Source of the DNA: an uncultured Phycisphaerales bacterium
GTDB lineage: Bacteria > Planctomycetota > Phycisphaerae > UBA1845
DNA length: 64,000 nt
Assembly (NCBI GenBank): GCA_965371725.1
Contig: CBDUZO010000001.1
Location: 13,123 to 77,122, forward strand
Direction of reading: 5' to 3'
Below, piece by piece: positions 38,356 through 44,766 of this stretch. A model generated the notes under the pieces. The model was not told the origin of the DNA. It searched no databases and worked only from the letters and a program-made list of their open reading frames with translations. Position numbers and translations under genes: made by a program. The stretch's first letter is position 1. Every line of letters starts with the position of its first letter.

Positions 38356-39036
38356 TCACGCCGGAACGATCGCATCCAGGTTGTCCAACGTGTTGATCAC
38401 GTGGATCGCCCTGCCACCAACAGCAGGCGGGACGCCTTGGTAGACGCCGTCCGGGCGGATGACCTGGACCGTGATCCATCCGAGCTTGTTCGGTGCGATA
38501 AAATCTTTAGCGGGGTTGTCCGCCACGTAGACGCATTCGGCGTGCTCGGCGCCGAGGTTATCCGCCATGCGCTCGAAGGCAAGCGGGTGCGGCTTCTCGA
38601 ACCCCGGCCCCAGCTCACTCGTGATGATGATCTCATCAAGGCGAGGCCCCAGCTTCAACGCAGCGAGCTTCAGGGATTGCGTGATCACGCGGCCGTCGGT
38701 GATCACGCCGAGCTTGAAGTCGCCGCGAAGCCTCGTCAGGGCTGCGTCGGCGTCGGGATAGAGCGAAAGCGCGGGGACATGCTCGCGGTACGTCTCAATC
38801 ATCCGAGCGATGAGCTGCCGATCCTCCTTCAAGTTCCGCTCGGCAAGCAGCGCGTCGAACACGCTCAGGCGATGCTCCGTGTCGAACAGGGCCCTGAACT
38901 CTGCAATCGTCTCCTCGGGATCACCGAGAATCCCACGAAACGCCGCAGCCACGGCGGCAAAACCGCTGAAGGCGTACTCCCGCTCGGGATAAAGCGTGTC
39001 GTCGAGATCAAAGATGACAGCCTTGGGGGTGCACAC
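38356..39036 (-). CDS. HAD-superfamily hydrolase
   Basis: 226-aa ORF. Motif I VIFDLDDTLY, motif II GVITDG, motif III/IV K..VYVADNPAKDF. Confidence 0.85.
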   Translation of the reverse strand: MCTPKAVIFDLDDTLYPEREYAFSGFAAVAAAFRGILGDPEETIAEFRALFDTEHRLSVFDALLAERNLKEDRQLIARMIETYREHVPALSLYPDADAALTRLRGDFKLGVITDGRVITQSLKLAALKLGPRLDEIIITSELGPGFEKPHPLAFERMADNLGAEHAECVYVADNPAKDFIAPNKLGWITVQVIRPDGVYQGVPPAVGGRAIHVINTLDNLDAIVPA

Positions 39037-39042
39037 GGAGAC

Positions 39043-40020
39043 TCAACCACCTTGACGTTTCGAGGCGTTTGGTAGGAACACCGAGTCGTCAAATCGTAGC
39101 AAGGCCACGTCGTCACGAAAGCCGGTCGGGTTGATCCGCGGTCGACGGCCGAGCGATTCCATCAGGATCCATTTGGGGAAGTTCGCTCCGGCGTGGATCG
39201 AGAGGGGTACGCCGCCGCCGAAACGCGGGTTGATCTCGATCACGCGGATGCGCTTGTCTTCGGTGATGATGCACTGCACCGTGATAACGCCGCGACACGC
39301 GCCGAGCATCTCCACGACCGACCGACCGACAGCCATGATCTCCGTGTCCTTGACAATCAACCCCTTGCTGACCTCGCCCGTTCGTACCTCGATACGCTTT
39401 CGAGGCACGACACAGCGGGGCTTTCCATCGAACCCGGTGTAGACGTCAAGCGTGTGCTCAGCCCCTTCCACGAATTCCTGAACGATGGGGTCATGGACAC
39501 GGCGGCCGAAGATCTTCAACTCGTCGGCAGTTCGCACGACAAAGTTGCCCATCGCCGCACTACCACACCGAGGCTTGAGGAAATAAGGGAACCGATGCCG
39601 CTTGCGCTTGATCGCCTCCGCCCACGGCCAAGTGCGCGGCGTATCGATGCCGGCCTTGGTCAAGGCCGCGTGGGTCAGAAGCTTGCACCGGCACGTGTGA
39701 ACGACCTCCTCGGACGAGATCAGCGCCGCGCAGCCAAGCTCGGCGAACCGCTCACGGGCACAGGCAATCAGCGGGAGATCATTGTCGATCAGGGGGATGA
39801 GCAAGCCGATCTTCCGACGTCGCACCAGACGCACGAGCGCATCGATGTATTCGCCGCTCGCAATCGGCGGTACGACGTGGGCCTTGTCCGCATGGTGCAG
39901 CGCCGGCGAAAGCCAGGTCGCGTCGGCGCCGTGAACCTCCAGGTCAATCGAGAGGTCGGCCCCGGCCCGCTTGAAGGCCCGGAGTAGCTCCACCCGCCGC
40001 CCGATGCAGGTGAAGAGCAT
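39043..40020 (-). CDS. ATP-grasp domain protein (carbamoyl-phosphate-synthase-L-like / PylC-like ligase)
   Basis: The track ORF extends to 40752 across repeats and is over-called. ATG 40020 (MLFTCIGRRVELLRAFK, the typical ATP-grasp pre-domain start) or ATG 40092 is more plausible. ATP-grasp strings: FPYFLKPRCGSAAMG, EFVEGAEHTLDV, VIEINPRFGGG. Confidence 0.8.
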   Translation of the reverse strand: MLFTCIGRRVELLRAFKRAGADLSIDLEVHGADATWLSPALHHADKAHVVPPIASGEYIDALVRLVRRRKIGLLIPLIDNDLPLIACARERFAELGCAALISSEEVVHTCRCKLLTHAALTKAGIDTPRTWPWAEAIKRKRHRFPYFLKPRCGSAAMGNFVVRTADELKIFGRRVHDPIVQEFVEGAEHTLDVYTGFDGKPRCVVPRKRIEVRTGEVSKGLIVKDTEIMAVGRSVVEMLGACRGVITVQCIITEDKRIRVIEINPRFGGGVPLSIHAGANFPKWILMESLGRRPRINPTGFRDDVALLRFDDSVFLPNASKRQGG

Positions 40021-40198
40021 CCGGACGCGCTCCCTGCCCGTCGGCCTTCGTCGAGACAATCCACCTGAACCGTGCATCCGACCTCCACTCATGGGCGCCG
40101 CGAGGATTGACGATGCGGCCCGCGACCCGACTATATCGCGCCGAGCGGCGGCGTACCACTTGTCGAATCGCCCGACCGGCAACACGGCCCGCTGACCC

Positions 40199-40265
40199 GA
40201 TCGCACAGCGATTCCACGATCGCACAGCGATTCCGCCATTGCCCAGCGATTCCACAATTGCCGGG
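40199..40265. repeat. 19-bp tandem repeat, about 3.5 units
   Basis: GATCGCACAGCGATTCCAC / GATCGCACAGCGATTCCGC / CATTGCCCAGCGATTCCAC / AATTGCCGGG(partial). It lies 107-245 nt upstream of the ATP-grasp start candidates, on the gene's upstream side. Confidence 0.85.
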
Positions 40266-40417
40266 AGCCCTTGTGACAACCGCCGTGCCGTGATACGCTG
40301 GATATGCAGGATCGGGGCACCGGCCGCGCCACCGTCCGAGGTGCGTCACGGAACAACCCGCCGGGATTCCGGAAAACCCGAGGGGGTTGGGACTTACCGG
40401 GCTGGGTGTAGTACGGA

Positions 40418-40545
40418 ACCTGGCGCCGTGTCCAGAAAAGTAATGGAGTTTCCTGCTCCCCTCCTTGACAAGGAGGGGTTGGGGGAGGTTCTTCTCCGTT
40501 TGCATGAACCCCCCTCTGTCCCCCCTTGGTAAGGGGGGAAGAAAG
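40418..40545 (+). repeat. 128-bp double-hairpin dispersed repeat, copy 2
   Basis: Same orientation as copy 1. Perfect hairpins CCCCTCCTT-GAC-AAGGAGGGG and CCCCCCTT-GGT-AAGGGGGG. Confidence 0.8.
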
Positions 40546-40730
40546 CGGAACAACCTCTGTTGAAGCGGCACGAGTGCATCGCCATACCCGAAACCGCGGG
40601 TTGCCGAAGACGTTTGCGGAACCGAACCGCGACCGTGAGGGAGCGGAGACGCAGGAGATAACAGCCGCAGCGGACGGCCGCTTCCTGATGGGCGCGGTTT
40701 GGATAACCCGCAAGTTTAGGTGTGGCACGG

Positions 40731-40748
40731 CACTGCTTGAAAGCAGTG
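40731..40748. promoter_or_regulatory. 18-bp perfect palindrome CACTGCTT-GA-AAGCAGTG followed by GCACAC
   Basis: Lies 47 nt upstream of the GNAT ATG 40795. A sister copy is at 41518-41535. It differs only at the paired innermost stem positions (T:A here, C:G there) and in the two central bases (GA here, AA there). Confidence 0.55.
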
Positions 40749-40794
40749 GCACACGATACGGCGTGTTTCAACTGGTCCCAATGTGGAGCGAACG

Positions 40795-41409
40795 ATGCGC
40801 GACTACCCAAGAACTACAAAGCTGAAGGACGGCCGTACGGTTCAATTGCGACCGCTCGCCAAGGGGGATTTTGAGGAGTTGCACGCCTTCTTTCTGGGCC
40901 TGACGGACGATGATCGGCTGTTTCTTCAGAACGATGTGACGGACCCCGGCCTGGTTCGAAAGTGGACCGAGAATATAAACCTTCAGCAGGTCATCCCAAT
41001 CGTCGCTTTGGACAATGCGAAGATCGTGGCCGACGGAACACTCCACATCCCGACGCACGGCTGGTCACAGCATGTGGGGCTCGTCCGCCTCGTGGTTGCC
41101 AGAACGCACCGCGACGTGGGGCTTGGCACGCTGGTCGCCCGTGAGTTGGTCGCACTTGCGGAGGAACGCGGCCTTGAAAAGCTCCAGGCCAGCGTCATCG
41201 AGGACGACGAGAGCACGTCCAAGATGTTTGAGGCCATGGGCTTCTGCAAGGAAGCTGTCGTAACCGGTATGGTCAAGGACCGCCAGGGCAAGAAACACAA
41301 CCTCGCCATCATGATTAACAACGTGGCCGATCTCGAACGGGCCATGGAGGACTGGATTCACGACACGATGATTCCGGCCTTTCGAGTCCCAGGGGCCGGC
41401 AACTCATGA
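40795..41409 (+). CDS. GNAT-family acetyltransferase (Pat-like N-terminal string)
   Basis: The ORF opens at GTG 40783. ATG 40795 is preceded by GGAG at 6-nt spacing. LKDGRTVQLRPLAKGDFEELHAFF resembles the start of protein-acetyltransferase GNAT domains. The CoA-binding loop region is VARTHRDVGLGTLVARELVALA. Confidence 0.75.
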   Translation: MRDYPRTTKLKDGRTVQLRPLAKGDFEELHAFFLGLTDDDRLFLQNDVTDPGLVRKWTENINLQQVIPIVALDNAKIVADGTLHIPTHGWSQHVGLVRLVVARTHRDVGLGTLVARELVALAEERGLEKLQASVIEDDESTSKMFEAMGFCKEAVVTGMVKDRQGKKHNLAIMINNVADLERAMEDWIHDTMIPAFRVPGAGNS

Positions 41410-41517
41410 ACACTCTTGAAATGGCGTGGACTCGCCGGTGCGATCGGGCGCGCGATGTTGTGCTTGGCGACCGCTTCCGCTGAGACACGATGGGGAGCGG
41501 ATTCCGTAGGGCTCGTA

Positions 41518-41535
41518 CACTGCTCAAGAGCAGTG
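41518..41535. promoter_or_regulatory. 18-bp perfect palindrome CACTGCTC-AA-GAGCAGTG followed by GCACAC; candidate upstream activator/operator site
   Basis: Sits 164-181 nt upstream of the sigma-54-type element at 41699, a distance typical for enhancer-binding-protein sites. Confidence 0.45.
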
Positions 41536-41698
41536 GCACACCCGCAAACTTAAGTGTGGCCATGCTCTAAGCCCCTGAATCGCGTGTCGACGGGCCAAAG
41601 TGACCCGCCACCAAGCACATCGGGTCCCGGGCTCTGGAGCCGGGAGAAGTGCTCCATGGCGGGCCTGCTGCGACCTTTTTCCGCTTGGCACGGTTCTA

Positions 41699-41714
41699 TG
41701 GCGCGGTAATTGCT
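41699..41714 (+). promoter_or_regulatory. Sigma-54 (-24/-12) type promoter upstream of the 2-oxoacid:ferredoxin oxidoreductase operon
   Basis: TGGCGCGGTAATTGCT versus the canonical TGGCACG-N4-TTGCW: GG and GC are at the correct spacing, with one mismatch (A to G). It lies 42 nt upstream of ATG 41756. A second TGGCAC sits at 41686-41691. Confidence 0.45.
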
Positions 41715-41755
41715 TGCAGGGATGGCGGATCGGCTTCCGGGAGAAAGGTCCGAGG

Positions 41756-42052
41756 ATGACAGTGGATTCGACGGCAGTCCCCGACAGCGCCGGCAAGACG
41801 GCCCCATCGCGAGCTAAGATCCGCGGGGTCGTTTCGATTGATACCGAGCGCTGCAAGGGCTGCGGTTATTGTATTGAATTCTGCCCGACGAACGTCCTGG
41901 TGATGTCGGCCCGTTTTAACTCGAAGGGCTACCACTACCCGGAGGTCGCCGCGCCCGACAAGTGCACCGGGTGCGACCTTTGCGGTATCTACTGCCCCGA
42001 TTTTGCCATCCATGGGACACGCCTTCCCGACCCCGGTTCCTTGAAGGAGTGA
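41756..42052 (+). CDS. 2-oxoacid:ferredoxin oxidoreductase delta subunit (2x[4Fe-4S] ferredoxin)
   Basis: The track ORF starts at 41600. ATG 41756 follows an AGGTCCGAGG purine-rich tract. Two Cys clusters: CKGCGYCIEFCP and CTGCDLCGIYCP. Confidence 0.8.
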   Translation: MTVDSTAVPDSAGKTAPSRAKIRGVVSIDTERCKGCGYCIEFCPTNVLVMSARFNSKGYHYPEVAAPDKCTGCDLCGIYCPDFAIHGTRLPDPGSLKE

Positions 42053-42058
42053 GCTTGA

Positions 42059-43213
42059 ATGTCGCGTAACAACAGGCCGCTTGCCGCCCCCCTCTACATC
42101 GACGGGGACCAGGCTGCCGCCGAGGGGGCGATCGCCGCCGGGTGCAACTTCGTGGCCGGGTACCCCATCACGCCTTCCACGGAGATCGTGGAACGTCTGG
42201 CGTGGCGGTTCACGGACACGGGCGGGACGTTTATCCAGATGGAGGACGAAATTGCGTCGTCCATCGCCATCCAGGGGGCGGTCTGGGGCGGCGCCAAGGC
42301 CATGACCGTCAGTTCCGGTCCGGGTTTCTCGCTGATGATGGAACACATTGGGCTGGCGGCGATGACGGAGGTGCCGTGCGTGTTCGTCAACGTGCAGCGT
42401 GGCGGGCCGTCGACCGGGCTTCCCACGCTACCCGCCCAGGCGGACATGATGCAGGCGCGGTGGGGCTCGCACGGCGACTATGAAATTATCGCCATCTCAC
42501 CCAACAGCCCCCAGGAGTGCTTCGACCTGATCATCCATGCCTTCAATCTCTCGGAGCAGTATCGCGTACCGGTGATGTTCATGATGGATGAGAGCGTGGG
42601 GCACCTGACCGAGAGGGTCATGATTCCGCCCTCCGACCAGATCGAGATTATCCCTCGGCGGTACACGAAACTCCCACCGGGCGAGTACAAGCCGTACCAG
42701 GTTGACGGTGACCTTATCCCCGAGTTCGCACCGGTGGGTCGCGGCTACCGGTTCCACGTTACGGGGCTGACGCATGACGAAAGGGGCTACCCTGCGGCGA
42801 CCCCCGAGTACCAAGATCAACTCGTGCGTCGGTTGGTGGATAAGATCAACAAGAATGTGGACCGGATATCCCTTCGCCACGAAGACGGGATTGACGATGC
42901 CGACGTCGTCGTGGTGACCTACGGGATCAGCTCCCGCACGGCCATGCCCGGTATCCGGCAGGCTCGTAAGGAAGGTGTTAAGGTCGGTCACCTGCGTCTG
43001 GTCGTGGTGTGGCCCTTCCCGGAGGCGTACATCCGCGAGTTGGCCGGTCGGATCAAGGCCTTTGTCGTTCCGGAGCTCAACCTCGGGCAGGTCGTGCTCG
43101 AGGTCGAACGGTGCGCCGCGGGGCAGTGTTCGGTTCGCTCCGTTCCGCACGCGGGAGGTGCCGTACACGACCCACAGACAGTCAAAGAAGCCATCATGGA
43201 GGTGGCCCGATGA
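42059..43213 (+). CDS. 2-oxoacid:ferredoxin oxidoreductase alpha subunit (KorA/VorA/PorA type)
   Basis: 384-aa ORF. Matches: GDQAAAEGAIAAGCNFVAGYPITPSTEI, QMEDEIASSIAIQGAVWGG, TVSSGPGFSLM, NVQRGGPSTGLPT. Confidence 0.9.
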   Translation: MSRNNRPLAAPLYIDGDQAAAEGAIAAGCNFVAGYPITPSTEIVERLAWRFTDTGGTFIQMEDEIASSIAIQGAVWGGAKAMTVSSGPGFSLMMEHIGLAAMTEVPCVFVNVQRGGPSTGLPTLPAQADMMQARWGSHGDYEIIAISPNSPQECFDLIIHAFNLSEQYRVPVMFMMDESVGHLTERVMIPPSDQIEIIPRRYTKLPPGEYKPYQVDGDLIPEFAPVGRGYRFHVTGLTHDERGYPAATPEYQDQLVRRLVDKINKNVDRISLRHEDGIDDADVVVVTYGISSRTAMPGIRQARKEGVKVGHLRLVVVWPFPEAYIRELAGRIKAFVVPELNLGQVVLEVERCAAGQCSVRSVPHAGGAVHDPQTVKEAIMEVAR

Positions 43214-44118
43214 GCACGGAAGCCGTGAAGGAAAACCCCGTCGAGCAGCTCCTGCGTTCCGACCGCATGCCGCATCTCTGGTGTTCGGGTTGTGGCATTG
43301 GAACAACCGTGAGCTGTTTTGCGCGGGCGATCGAGCGTTGCGGTATTGAACAGGACAAGCTCGTGGTTGTGTCCGGTATCGGGTGTACGGGTCGCGTCGC
43401 GGGGTATGTCAGGCTTGATTCGTTTCATACAACGCACGGCCGGGCCATTCCTTTCGCCACGGGTTTGAAGCTGGCCAATCCCGAGCTGAAAGTCGTGGTG
43501 TACAGCGGAGATGGCGACCTGATTGCCATTGGCGGTAACCATTTCATTCACGCGGCCCGGCGAAACGTGGACATTACGGTCATCTGCGTGAACAACTTCA
43601 ACTACGCCATGACCGGTGGGCAGATCGGCCCGACGACGCCGGTTGACGGAGTGGGGACAACGGCCCCCCACGGAACCTGCGAGCGCCCCTTCAATCTTCC
43701 ATTCCTGGCCGAGTCCTGCGGCGCCGTGTATGTGGCGCGCTGGACGACGTATCACGTTCGTCAACTCACGCGGTCGATGACCGAGGCGATGAACAAGAAA
43801 GGATTCGGCTTTGTCGAGGTGATTGCCCCCTGTCCGACACTGTACGAACGGCGTAACAGGCTCGGTACGGGCCTGGACCGCATGAAGTGGTTCAGGGACA
43901 ACAGCCTAGTGGACGGTAGCCTGGACACCCGCTTGTGCGACATTGGGTTCCAGCAGAGAATCGTGTGCGGCAAGTTCGTCGACGTCGACCACCCCTCCTA
44001 TCTGGAAGTCGTGGGGGCCAAAATGGCAAGCGTCAGCGGCCAGCAACGCTGGGAGAAGATGTTGAAGGAGCAACGCAAGCCGATCGGGCAGTGGGGTGAG
44101 GGGGAATTAGGCGGATGA
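43210..44118 (+). CDS. 2-oxoacid:ferredoxin oxidoreductase beta subunit (TPP-binding)
   Basis: The ATG at 43210 overlaps the alpha stop (ATGA). Matches: WCSGCGIGT, GIGCTGR, SGDGDLIAIGGNHFIHAARRN, INNFNYAMTGGQ. The track's upstream extension from 43009 is out of context. Confidence 0.9.
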   Translation: MSTEAVKENPVEQLLRSDRMPHLWCSGCGIGTTVSCFARAIERCGIEQDKLVVVSGIGCTGRVAGYVRLDSFHTTHGRAIPFATGLKLANPELKVVVYSGDGDLIAIGGNHFIHAARRNVDITVICVNNFNYAMTGGQIGPTTPVDGVGTTAPHGTCERPFNLPFLAESCGAVYVARWTTYHVRQLTRSMTEAMNKKGFGFVEVIAPCPTLYERRNRLGTGLDRMKWFRDNSLVDGSLDTRLCDIGFQQRIVCGKFVDVDHPSYLEVVGAKMASVSGQQRWEKMLKEQRKPIGQWGEGELGG

Positions 44119-44684
44119 GCACGACCGAGATCAAAATTGGGGGGCTCGGCGGTCAAGGTGTCATCCTCGCCGGAATCATCATCGGGCGGGGCGCCTCGAT
44201 CCATGAGAACAAGTACGCCAGCTTGACGCAGAGCTTTGGTCCCGAGGCGCGCGGCAGCGCGTGCAGTGCGCAGATCATCATCTCGGACGAGCCTGTGGAG
44301 TACCCCTACGTCACTCACCCGGACATTCTCGTAGTCATGTCACAGGAGGCGTGCAACCGTTTCATGCCGGAACTCGCACCTGGCGGCATGTTGATCCATG
44401 AGTCCGATCTGGTCAGCCCCAAGCAGGTTCAAGACGGGACCCGGCTGTGCGGGATTCCGACCATGCGGATTGCCGAGAAGCTGGGCAGGCGAATGGCTGC
44501 GAACATCGTCATGATCGGCTTCTTCGCGGCTGTCACCGATGTTGTGGCCGTCGACGCCCTCCGCCGATCCGTCGAGACCTCCGTCCCCGCAGGCACGCAA
44601 TCCATGAACCTCGCCGCCTTTGAACAAGGCTACGCCTACGGCGTGAAGTCAATGTCAGCCAGCACCACGGCCGCGGCAAACTGA
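44115..44684 (+). CDS. 2-oxoacid:ferredoxin oxidoreductase gamma subunit
   Basis: 189-aa ORF with a 4-nt overlap onto beta. Matches: IKIGGLGGQGVILAGIIIGRGA, SFGPEARGSAC. Confidence 0.9.
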   Translation: MSTTEIKIGGLGGQGVILAGIIIGRGASIHENKYASLTQSFGPEARGSACSAQIIISDEPVEYPYVTHPDILVVMSQEACNRFMPELAPGGMLIHESDLVSPKQVQDGTRLCGIPTMRIAEKLGRRMAANIVMIGFFAAVTDVVAVDALRRSVETSVPAGTQSMNLAAFEQGYAYGVKSMSASTTAAAN

Positions 44685-44705
44685 TCCAACCGCGGCTCCG
44701 GGACC

Positions 44706-44720
44706 GCATCCGGGGGATGC
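44706..44720. terminator. Weak GC hairpin between convergent genes
   Basis: GCATCC-GGG-GGATGC with no U-tract. It lies between the kor gamma stop (44684) and the giant-gene stop (44767). Confidence 0.2.
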
Positions 44721-44766
44721 CGCGTATGGACCCCCGACCACAGATTCGACTCGACCGCCCCACCCG

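Noticed and set aside
40199-40265. Tandem 19-mers as a mini CRISPR array
   Set aside because: The units are directly adjacent with no spacers, are too short, and there are no cas genes.
40723-40738. TGGCACGGCACTGCTT upstream of the GNAT gene as a sigma-54 promoter
   Set aside because: The GG-to-GC spacing is one nucleotide shorter than canonical (TGGCAC-N5-TGCT instead of TGGCAC-N5-TTGC), and sigma-54 spacing is essentially invariant. I keep it only as part of the repeat motif.
40021-40752. N-terminal 244-aa extension of the ATP-grasp ORF (track 39043..40752)
   Set aside because: The extension reads through the 19-bp tandem repeat and the 128-bp dispersed repeat. Its sequence matches the equally spurious ORF across repeat copy 1. 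The ATP-grasp homology begins at MLFTCIGRR.
40706-41562. GNAT gene as an integron-type cassette, with the flanking palindromes as attC sites
   Set aside because: There is no GTTRRRY/RYYYAAC core sites at the palindromes, no intI integrase and no cassette array nearby.
43009-43209. 67-codon upstream extension of the oxidoreductase beta subunit ORF
   Set aside because: It lies entirely within the alpha-subunit gene in another frame. The ATGA overlap start at 43210 gives the conserved N-terminus.
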